Assembly: GCF_963921235.1 (NCBI RefSeq)
Contig: NC_086108.1
Span: 42,842,001 to 42,906,000 of the forward strand
Source of the DNA: Mobula hypostoma
Taxonomy: Eukaryota
DNA: 64,000 nt
Direction: 5' to 3'
A program made the position numbers and the translations under genes. Under the pieces are notes generated by a model. It was not told where the DNA came from. It ran no database searches and worked only from the letters and a program-made list of their open reading frames with translations. Below, one piece after another: positions 45,401 to 57,400 of this stretch. Numbering within the stretch: position 1 is the stretch's first letter; every line of letters starts with the position of its first letter.

Positions 45401-48400
45401 GGACAAGATGGACACGTTTCACTGTGTAACACAACAGAGACGAGCTGTGACTTTGTGGACCTGCACTGCAGTCAGACATATTCAATAACTATAACGGCAG
45501 TGGACAGTGACTGTCAGAGTGTAAATACATCCATTTTTGAAACTGAAACAGGTAAAAATTCCTAGAGGCTTAAGATGTTTGAAAATCATTTCATTGTCAC
45601 AGCAAAAAGGTTGTTCTCCAGACTGCAGTCCAGTCAGGTCACACTGTTAGTTTAAGAATTTGTAAAGACTCTTGTTTTCCTCTGAGTGGTGATAGAATTC
45701 AGCATTGTCAGTAGGTTTCTGCATGTCTTCTAGCATTAACCCTTTACATTAGAAGGTTTAATTTCTTCCATTTTCAGATAAGTGAGCCAAAGCCTTGTGA
45801 CAAAATAACTTGTTAGAAAATTAAGACCCTGATGCACTGTATGTATTTGAATGAGAATATACTGTAATTACGTCATCACTGTGCATCTGTACAGTAAAAG
45901 TTTATTTTCTGTTGTGTATATTAATGGAAACAATTGAAACTCTGTACTACTATAATTAAATATTGATTCTTTTCTCTCTCCTCCTGTCCTGAAGCCCCTT
46001 GTCCCCCTCAGAACATACAAGCTGATTGTGCTGGTGTCACTGCCTTTGTATCATGGGAGCCGAGTAACCTCACATTGTGGTACACCGCTACGGCAGAGGG
46101 GAGTGATGGACACACAGCCACCTGTACCACATCCAAAACAAACTGTCTCATCCCAGATCTTCACTGCAGCCAAATATATAACGTCTCTGTACTCGCATTT
46201 GGTGAAACCTGCAGCAGCCTGCAAAGCTCCCACCATGAAATTCAGACAGGTAATATAGAAAGAGAGAACCTCTCTTCAACACATGAGGCCTTTTCATCTC
46301 CTCAAGACTGTTCACACTCAACAAAGTGGGTCCAGTCATCTTCAGACTAGCCTCCGATTATATATTTAATTGTTAATACAGGTCCACAATCCCTTATACG
46401 AAATTCTTGGGGCCAGTTGCATTTCGGAATTCAGAATTTTTCGGATTTCAGACCCCCCCCCCACCGATACCAACAAACACGTATTTAACCTGTCTCAGCG
46501 CGGAGGACTGTAAGACNNNNNNNNNNNNNNNNNNNNNNNNNNNNNNNNNNNNNNNNNNNNNNNNNNNNNNNNNNNNNNNNNNNNNNNNNNNNNNNNNNNN
46601 NNNNNNNNNNNNNNNNNNNNNNNNNNNNNNNNNNNNNNNNNNNNNNNNNNNNNNNNCCAACAAAAACATTCAATAAAACATAAAAATATACAGCTTCAAA
46701 CGAACCGAATCAAACAAATGGTAAATGACTTATTGGAATAAATGTAGAACATCACTGTCAGTGTCGCTATAAAACTTCAGTAACTTGTCTTTCTGTTTAT
46801 TTAAATCATGTGCAGTGGTAATTCCGACACTATTTTCTTCAGTAAGACGCCGCACAGACACACCACGATCAAGCTTCGGCAATAACTCCACTTTCTGTGT
46901 TATTGATAGAGAAGATTCCTTCTATTTTTCTCATTGTTACCCATAGGAGTATCTGCAGCTCTTTTTGACATTTTCACAGTGAAATTAAACGCAAAGTCAA
47001 CAGTGAACACAAAACGTCAGCAAACAGCAAATGTACGTGTAACCAGTATGAGCGCTGAGCCACAACTGATGCCTGGCGGCCTCTGCTAGTGCTGCCACAT
47101 CACACCTGAGTGACGTCAGCTGTTGGCGAAAAAAACTTCGGTTTTCAGAGCTTTTTGGATTTCAGAATTTCGAATAAAGGAATGTGCACCTGTAACCTAA
47201 TTGCTTTTACTATCTCTGATTGAAATTCAAATTATAGGCTGTCATAAGGTTACCTGGGGTAAGAGTCTGTTTGCAGTGCACAACCTGCTCATCCTCATGG
47301 ATTGCCTCTCAGTATAGAGAACCAGCTTGGCCTTCAGATCAAATTAGTGTCGGTAAACAACAGGTCATTGGGACAGTGGTTCTCTTAATTTCTCTCAGGA
47401 TACCAGATCAGGTTTTATAACTGAAATGATTGATAATACTTGTTAATGACCGCAAAATCCATCTATCGATATTCAGTGAAAGCAGACAGGTCTGTTGGTC
47501 AGGCTTGCTCTTGACTTGTTTAACCAATGCGTAAATTGAGATTTCAATCTATAGAATATAAAGGTGACTTTGTCAGAGCAACCTAAGTTCTGTAAAATGT
47601 TGGCAACAACCATCTCTCCATCCTCTGGCACGAGCCTGATGAATTTTAATGTTTACATATTATTTTCTATAGCACCTTGTGCTCCAGATGAAATTGTCGC
47701 CAATGTGGACTGTAACTTCAACAGAGTGGTAGTTTCATGGGGCCGGACTAATGGAGCAAAAGAGTTCGATGTGACCGCTGAGGGAAGTGATGGTCATATA
47801 CGCTCACACAACACAACAGAGACACGCCAGGAAATGCTGGATTTACACTGTGGACAGTCCTATAACATAACCGTAACGACACTGAGTTACAGCCGGCATG
47901 GCATTTCGAGTACTTCCATCCAAATACAAACTGGTAATACTATCCACTTAGTAGTATGCACAACGGAAATGGTCAGATTTATTAATTATGATACAGTCCA
48001 GGCCAGAAGAATTGATACAATTTTTTTTTATTTTTGAATAGCACCTTGCATTCCAGAGAACCTAGCAGCTGAGCTAACCTGCAGTTCAAATACAGTGTCC
48101 ATCACGTGGAATGACACTGAAGGAGCCAAGTTATATACTGTCGCCGCTCGAGACAGACAAAAAGTAATCGCCTTATTCAACACAAGTAGTACAAGGGCTC
48201 AGCTCCCACATTTGCAGTGTGGTGAATATTTCACGATCTCTGTTCTAGCAACAGATGACATCTGCAGCAGTCCTCAGAGTGCAGTGGTGAATGTACTTAC
48301 AGGTATCGCTCAATTCCATTTGTCGTTTGTTTGGTCCTTCTGTTTGACTACAGTTCGTAGTGCAGATTAGATTAAAGATCACGGCTATACTTCCTTTAAT

Positions 48401-51400
48401 GCTTTTAAAGACAGTGAAATGTGAGGTTTCCGTCAAATCAAATCAGTGAGGATTGTACTGGTAGCCCACAAGTATCACCATGCGTCCGGTGCCTATGCTG
48501 CATGCCCACAACTTACTACCCTAACCCTACGTCTTAGGAAGGTGGGAGGAAACCAGAGCACCCAGACGAAACACGCACGGTCATGGAGGGGAAGTACAAA
48601 CTCCTCACAGTGGCGGAAATTGAACTCTGATCTTACAGGCTGGCACAGTGCATTCACCACCACACTGCCGTGCTGTTTTTGAACAGAAACTCCATTGTAA
48701 AAACGTATTGTGTTTTCGTTTAGTTTAAAGTGTTTCCACTGATACTTTGATTGATGCTCTAATGATTCTGGATAACAGAGCTAACATTTTCCAAAGCTGT
48801 ATGAATTAATGGATACACAATGTATTCTTTATTTTACTAACTACTTTACTGAGCTACTATTATGCTATGTTCAATAAAAATAGTGTACTGTACTCTTGTG
48901 AGAAGTGCTAGGGGCCTTGTCAAATGGCTGGCATTTCTTTCTGTAACTGTCAGGAAGCTCAAGACTCCAGTGCAGTTTGTCCGCAAATGTGGATGTCCTC
49001 AATTTCCCAAGAAATGGTGCCAGAAATTTCCCGATTGTGCTCAACAGAATCAGAATCAGGTTTAACATCACAGGCATATGTTGTGAATCTCGTTAACATT
49101 GGACTCCTCAGATATTACAGTGCAGAATCAGTCGCGAATTTACTTTGAACCTCTGCCTTAAGCATATTGCACCAACCCTTTGAAAACATTTGATCTAATT
49201 CCACAGTGTGCATATCTTTATAACTTCTTCATGCATCTCTTGCTGCGGTCCAAAAGCTCCTTGTCATTATGTATTTCATTTCTATTTTCAACCTCCCTAT
49301 AAATTCTAATTTTACTCATTTTAATGTAAGAAGCTGTCCTTTAAAGGAAAATATTTTCCAACTCAGATAATCAAAAAATACTTGAAGAGCACAATACTGT
49401 TAAAACACAGCATGATTACAGTAATAAATGAAATTACACTTCAACACAGGAACAACACATTTAGTGGTACTATTACACTAACATAGAATTGAAACAATTC
49501 AATATAATTGTAATAAAATTCTATTACAATAGTATTAGCCATTATAATGTGAATAGCATATTGTAATAATAGCTATAAGAATAGAATACAGATTTTGGAG
49601 ACGCATTGTTAGTAGCAATCTAAAGCATATTTCCTTTCCCTGTAGGACCTTGCACTCCTCAGAACACGGTTGCTGACATTGACTGCACTATCCATAGTGC
49701 ACTGGCGTCATGGGAACAGAAGGGTGGGAGTGATTTCTCTATTGCAACTGCAAAAGCAAGTGATGGACATACACAATCATGCAGGGCGCAAGAGGGAGCC
49801 TGCGAAATTTTTGACCTGCACTGTGGGAAGTTGTACAACATAACAATAGTGGCTGTTAATCAAATGTGCAACAGCTCACAAAGTGCAGTGGTGACTGTTC
49901 AGACAGGTAACCACTTCTACTCGTGCTCTGTTTCAGACAATGTTTGCCCACATAAATTATACTTAAAAGTTCATGCTTGAATTATTTTCAATGATCATGC
50001 ATATCAATTTTATATATGGTAAATGATATTTCAATGTTGTCAATCATATGTTATTACACAATATTACTTATACACTGTGTCATGGGTAGTAAAATCAAAA
50101 TTCTATGTATCAATGAAGTCTGACAGCTATGGTTATATTTACGTATTTACATTCCAGATCAAAATAACAACAGCATGCTTCCATTTTGATATTGGTTTCC
50201 TGTTTCAACAACACTATATATTGCTACTTGGATTATGAAACTTACAATGAGGCAAAGATATTCTAGTGGACATAGAAAAAGATGAAAAAGGCCAAATAGT
50301 TGAACAGGTCCTTCCTTCACAGTTCACCCAATCAATTTTAATCTTGTATGCAAATGTTAATCACTGAAAGAAGTTCTTTGATCCTCCAAGCATGCATCGA
50401 CTTGTAAGCACCTGATTTTACACTAATCCCTTTGTTAAGCTCTCCACATTCCTATCAACTCCTCCGATATTCTACCACACACCTACACAATAAGGCAATT
50501 AATCTCTCAAACCACATGTTAGGATATGGGAGAAAGCCTGAGCATGTAGAGGAAGCCCGGGCAGTCAGTTAGGACGTGCAATCTCCACACAGACAGCACC
50601 AGAGGTCAGGACTGAGTCCAGGTTGTTGGAACTGGATTCAGTCCAGCTGTGCCACTGTGCTGAGGTACTGTTAAACCCCAAAGAAAATTAAGCTAAACAA
50701 ATATCACACCTTTCTGATCATTTAACCCAGATGGCACATTGGCCGAAACTCCTTAAGACAGGTGGCAGATCAACTGATGATCCCACTGGTGATAGCACAG
50801 GACAGTTAACATCTTAGTCCACATGTATTTTTTAACTCTTATGTCCATAGGCTCAGTATTTCAGCAACTGTCGTCCATCACATTACATTTAGTTATCTTT
50901 GATTCTGATAATTACCTTCAATCCACTTCTGGCTTCATTTAATCCTTACTGCTTTAAAGTTTTAATTTTTTTAAATCACTTCATCAGGAAGATCATTTTT
51001 TTTCTTTTTCTTTCATAGTAAATTTCTTTTAATCTAACATCCTGTCTCATGCAATTAAATTTAAAAATGATATTCTATATATCTAGTTGGCGTCTATATT
51101 AAACAATCTGCTATTATTGTAATTATTCATTACTATCAATATTTTGAAAACCAGAATGATAGGTCGGTCTTAATTTTCTGTGACGATTGTGAATTCGTAT
51201 TCATCAAATTATTTTTTAAATCTACCACTTCATTTCTCCAATCATTTGTTCTTTCTGCTTGTTTGGTCTACGTTAGTCATAACTCTCACTTGGTCAGTTT
51301 ATCACTGTCAATATTTAAAAGCACAAATAATGTTAGTCAATCTCTTTCACTTATCTTTGATCAAATTCTCTATTAATACCTCTAACATGCATTTTAGTTA

Positions 51401-54400
51401 TCATCAACTGAGCTTTTTCTGACTGCCACTTTTATGAAACCATCCTTTTATTTTCAAAGCTAGTCACTTCTAACTGTGTTTCCCAGAAGTTATTTTGCAA
51501 CACACGCTGCTATTAAATGGCTACCATATGATGTACGTATGTAATTGATACCAAACTGAAAGCTTCTTTCCTTTATAAAACGTAGCACCATGTATCCCCG
51601 AGGGTATTACTGCTCAGGTGGACTGCGATACCAATGATGCCTTAGTGTCATGGGAGCAGTCCGACGGGAGCGACTCTTACTTTGCTACTGCAGAAGCGAG
51701 TGATGGACTTGAGCACCAATGCAATGCAGTGGGAACAACCTGCAATATGATTGACTTGCACTGTGGAGGGTCATACAACGTAACAGTAACAGCTGCTAAT
51801 GAGATGTGCAACAGTTCCAAAAGTGTACAAGTGTCTATTCAAACAGGTAATGTCTTCATCCTCAACTAGAAGCTGTTAACATCCTAACTCAAGTAACAAA
51901 GTAAAAATCAAGATAGTAAAACAACAGATGCAAAGAAAGGTGAAGGATAGGATTGTTCATGCAATATTACAATGTAAATATTAATTGTATTAGAGAGTAG
52001 TTAGATATGCAATACCACCGGAAGACAAAGATGTAAATTATTTTCTAGTATTCAAAGTTAGCTTTTCTAAACAGAAATTAAAATTGAAGCAAAGCAATCA
52101 TTAGAAATGTTTTAAATGTTACAATATTGCCAGGCTACTAATTACTTTAAATAGCCTTTCGGAATAATAGTATCATAAGCATACGCTCTTTCCAAAAACA
52201 ATTCCAGGACCATGCATCTCAAGGAATGTCTCTGCCGTTGTGGATTGTGATACTAATATTGCAAGAGTTTCATGGGAGCCAAGCAGTGGGAGTGACTTCT
52301 ACATTGCCACTGCATTGGGAATCAACGAAGAAATACACTTGTGCTCTGCGGAGGATGTAACCTGTGAAATCAGTGACCTGCAGTGTGGACAGTCATACAA
52401 TGTAACAGTAGTAGCTGTTAATGGAGTATGCAACAGTTCAGACAGTGCAGTAAGCAATTTTCAAGGAGGTAACCTGTTCTACTTTTCCATTTTAGTTAAT
52501 TTCATGCTATGAGCAGAGAATTTATTGGGATAATCCATTGTGCACATGCACACGAGCACGCGCACGCGCGTCCCCCCCCCCCCACACACACACACACAGA
52601 AATACAGTATTCCTTTTCTTCTATGAATAAAAACTTTGCTAATTTTTGGCATAGATAGGGTAAAAAGTCAGAAACTCATTTTTTTCATTGAGATTGGGTT
52701 CTGAAAATAACAGGCCATGGTTTTAAGGTGAGAAGGAGGAGTTTTAAAGGGGAACAACAGGAATTCTGCAGATGCTGGAAATTCAAGCAACATACATCAA
52801 AGTTGCTGGTGAACGCAGCAGGCCAAGCAGCATCTATAGGAAGAGGCGCAGTCGACGTTTCAGGCCAAGACCCTTCGTCAGGACGGTCTCGCCTGAAACG
52901 TCGACTGCGCCTCTTCCTATAGATGCTGCTTAGCCTGCTGCGTTCACCAGCAACTTTGATGTATGTTGCCGTAGTTTTAAAGGGGATCTGAGTTTTACAC
53001 AGAGAGTAGCTGAAATCTGGAACACGTGGCCAGAGATAATGGAAAATCCAGATGCAATTACTACATTTTGAGGCATTTAGACAGGCAATCGATCAGGCAA
53101 GGCATAGAAGGATTTTAGTTCCTAATTGGGAAAATGGGTTTGGTGTAGGTGGACAGAAGGTAGGCATGGATGTAGTTGGCCAAAGGGCCTTTTTTATGTT
53201 GTACTATTATAATACTTTATCACCCATATTTCTGTGGATGAGTGTTCATTTTTTCATCTGCCCATTGACTAATCCAGTTATATCTTCCCCTGGAATATAC
53301 ACCAAGTTGCTTCTTTATTAGGTACCTCCTGCATCTAATAAAATGGCCACAGAATGTGTATTCATGTCTTCTGCTGCTGTAGCCTGCCCACTTCAAGGTA
53401 TAATGTGTTGTGCGTTCAGAAGTGCTTCCTTGCACATCACTTTTGTAATATGTAGCTATTTGAATTACTGTTGCCTTTCTGTCAGCTTGAACCAGTCTGG
53501 CCATTCACCTCTGACCTCTCACATTGACAAGGCATTTCCACCCATAGAATGGCTGCTCATTAGATCTTTCTTTGTTTCTTGTACCATTCTCTGTAAACTC
53601 TGCAGAACGTTGTGCGTGAAAATCCCAGGAAATTTGATCACAGAAAATCCCAATGGATTCAGATGTGTCTATTTTAATGCAAGGAGTATTATGAACAAAG
53701 CAGATGAGCTTAGAGCGTGGATGAATACTTGGAGCTATGATGTTGTGGCCATTACAGAGGCCTGGATGGCTCGGGGCATGATTGGTTACTTAGAGTGTCA
53801 GACTTTAGATGTTTCAGAAAGGACAGGGAGGGAGGCAAAAGAGGTGGGAGCATGGCACTGTTGATCAGAGAAAGTGTCATGGCTGCAGAAAAAGAGGAAG
53901 TCATGGAGGGATCATCTACAGAGTCTCTGTGGGTGGAAGTTAGTAACAGGAAGGGGTCAATAACACTACTGGGTGTTTTTTATAGACCACGCAATAGTAA
54001 CAGGGACATCGAGGAGCAGATAGTGAGACGGATTCTGGAAAGGTGTAATAATAACAGGGTTGAGATTTTAATTTCCCAAATATTGATTGACATCTCCCTA
54101 GAGTGAGTGGTTTGGTAGGGGTAGAGTTTGTTAGGTGTGTTCAGGAAGGTTTCTTGACACAATATGCAGATAAGCCTACAAGAGGAGAGACCGTACTTGA
54201 TCTGGTATTGGGAAATGAACCTGGTCAGGTGTCAGATCTCTCAGTGGGAGAGTATTTTGGAGATACTGATCACAATTCTATCTCCTTTACCATAGCATTG
54301 AAGAGGGATAGGAACAGACAAGTTAGGAAAGCGTTTAATTGGAGTAAGGGGAAATATGAGGCTATCAGGCAGAAACATGGAAGCATAAATTGGGAACAGA

Positions 54401-57400
54401 TGTTCTCAGGGAAATGTACAGAAGAAATGTGGCAAATGTTCAGGGGATATTTGCGTGGGGTTCTGCGTAGATATGTTCCAATGAGACAGGGAAAGAATGG
54501 TAGGATACAGGAACCGTGGTGTACAAAGGCTGTTGTAAATCTAGTCAAGGAGAAAAGAACAGTTTACAAGAGGTTCAAAAAACTAGGTAATGATAGAGAT
54601 CTAGAAACTTATAAGGCTAGCAGGAAGGAGCTTAAGAATGAAATTAGGAGAGCCAGAAGGGACCATGAGAAGGCCCTGGCGGACAGTATTAAGGAAAACC
54701 CCAAGGCATTCTACAAGTTTGTGAAGAACAAGAGGATAAGACATGAGAGAATAGGACCAATCAAGTGTGTATGGAACCGGAGGAGGCAGCAGAGGTACTT
54801 AATAAATGCTTTATTTCAGTATTCACTATGGATCTTGGTGATTGTAGAGGTGACTTACAGCGGACTAAAAAGCTTGAGCATGTAGATATTAAGAGGATGT
54901 GCTGGAGCTTTTGAAAAGGATCAAGTTGGATAAGTCACCAGGACCAGACGAGATGTACTCCAGGCTACTGTGAGAGGCAAGGGAGGAGATTGCTGAGCCT
55001 CTGGAGATGATCTTTATATCATCAATGGAGATGGGAGAGGTTCCAGAGGATTGGAGGGTTGAGGTTGCTATTCTCTTATTCAAGAAAGGGAGTAGAGATA
55101 GCCCTGGAAATTATAGACCAGTGAGTCTTACTTCAGTGGTTGGTAAATTGATGGAGAAGATCTTGAGAGACAGGATTTATGAACATTTGGAGAGGCATAA
55201 TATGATTAGGAATAGTCAGCATGGCTTTGTCAAAGGCAGGTTGTGCCTTATGAGCCTGATTGAATTTTTTGAGGATGTGACTTAACACATTGATGCAGTA
55301 GATGTAGCACTATTGATTTCAACAAGGCATTTGATAAGGTACCCCACGCAAAGCTTATTGAGAAAGTAAGGAGGCATGGGATCCAGGGGAACATTGCTTT
55401 GTGGATCCAGAACTGGCTTGCCCACAGAAGGCAAAGCCTGGTTGTAGATGGGTCATATTCTGCATGGAGGTCGGTCACCAGTGGTGTGCCTCAGGGATCT
55501 GTTCTGGGACCCCTACTCTTCGTGATTTTTATAAACGACCTGGATGAGGAAGTGGAGGGATGGGTTAATAAGTTTGCTGATGACACAAAGGTTGAGGGTG
55601 TTGTGGATAGTGTGGAGGGCTGTCAGAGGTTACAGCAGGACATTGATAGGATGCAAAACTGGGCTGAGAAGTGGCAGATGGAGTTTAACCCAGATACGTG
55701 TGAGGTGGTTCACTTTGGTAGGTTAAATATGATGACAGAATATAGTATTAATGGTAATACTCTTGACGGTGTGGAGGATCAGAGGGATCTTGGGGTCCGA
55801 GTCCATAGGACACTCAAAGCTGCTACGCAGGTTGACTCTGTGGTTAAGAAAGCATATGGTGCATTGGCCTTCATCAATCATGGGATTGAGTTTAGGAGCC
55901 GAGAGGTAATGTTGCAGCTATATAGGACACTAGTCAGACCCCATTTGGAGTATTGTGCTCAGCTCTGGTCGCCTCACTACAGGAAGGATGTGGAAACCAT
56001 AGAAAGGGTGCAGAGGAGTTTTACGAGGATGTTGCCTGGTTTGGGGAGCATGTTTATGAGAATAGGTTGAGTGAACTCGGCCTTTTCTCCTTGGAGCAAC
56101 GGAGGATGAGAGGTGACCTGATAGAGGTGTATAAGATGATGAGATGCATTGATCATGTGGATAGTCAGGGCTTTTGCCCAGGGCTGAAATGGCTAACATG
56201 AGAGGCACAGTTTTAAGGTGCTTGGAAGCAGGTACAGAGGAGATGTCAGGGGTAAATTTTTTTATGCAGAGAGTGGCGAATGCGTGGAATGGGCTGCCGG
56301 CGACAGTGGTGGAGGCAGATATGACAGGGTCTTTTAAGAGGCTCCTGGAGAGGTACATGGAGTTTAGAAAAATAGAGGGCTATAGGCAATCCTAGGTAAT
56401 TTCTAAGGTAAGGACATGTTTGGCACAGCTTTGTGGGCTGAACGGCCTGTATTGTGCTGTAGGTTTTCTATGTTTCTATGAAATCTCCCAGTATGTGAGA
56501 TACTCAAATCACCTTGTCTAGTATGAACAATCATTCCTCAGTCAAGGTCACTCAGATCACATTTCTTCCCCATTCTGAAGTTTGGTCTGAACAACAACTG
56601 AATGCCTTAACCATGTCTGCATGCTTTTACGCATTGAGTTACTGCCAAATGATTGGCTCAAAATCAGAACCAGGTTTAATATTACTAGCATATGTTGTGG
56701 AATTTGCTGTTTTGCATGGCAGTACATTCCAATACATAATAATAAAAAAGTATAAATTACAATAAAAATTATAATTTTTAAAATTAAATGAAATTAATAG
56801 TGAGAAAAGAGAGCAAATAAAGAAAAAAATAGTGAGGTAATGTACAAGGATACATTGTCCATTCAGAAATCTGATTGGGGGAGGGGAAGATGGTATTCCT
56901 AAAATACGGAGTGTGTGTCTACAGGCTCCTGTACCTCCTCCCTGATGGTAGCAACGAAAGGGGGCATGATTGGGGGGTTCTTTAATGATGGTTGCTACCT
57001 TTTGGGGGCATCGCTTTCTGAAGATGTCCACAATGCTGGGGAGGCCAGTGCCCAGTGTAACTGGCTGAGTTCACAACTTTCAGCAGCTTTTTCCGATCCT
57101 GTGCAGTGGCCCCTCCGTACCAGACGGTGAAGCAACCAGCTGGGGCGCTGTCCACAGTACGTCTCTAGAAATTTGTGGGAGTCTTTGGTTATATACCAAG
57201 TCTTCTCAAACTCCCAATGAAACATAGCCACGGTTGGGCCTTCATTGTAATTGCATCAGTATGTTGGGCCCAGGATCGATCTTCAGAGATGTTGACACCC
57301 ACCAACTTCAAACTGCCCTCCCTTTCCACTGCTGATCCCTCGATAAGGACTGGTATGTGTTCGATTAACTTCCCCTTCCTGAAGTCCACAATCAATTCTT

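Larger units (their letters stand above)
233..48302 (+). repeat. Higher-order tandem repeat of a 9-exon unit (A-I), 4 copies starting at 233, 9423, 21413 and 39860
   Basis: Same exon order in all four units, and paralogous exons are near-identical. Start-to-start spacings are 9.2, 12.0 and 18.4 kb. Confidence 0.93.

Noticed and set aside
46407-46676. ORFs containing X runs
   Set aside because: Artefacts of the N gap.
233-48302. V(D)J-like somatic rearrangement of the exon cassettes
   Set aside because: No consistent heptamer/nonamer signals flank the exons; their boundaries are ordinary splice sites.
233-48302. Recent segmental duplication, or a false duplication by misassembly, as the origin of the four units
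   Set aside because: The long introns are strongly diverged and differ in length and TE content, so the units are distinct loci and not recent copies.
161-48436. Many short ORFs antisense or out of frame over the FN3 exons (e.g. 222-452 -, 1418-1618 -, 1724-2008 +)
   Set aside because: They are shadows of the real exons and recur only because the exons are duplicated.
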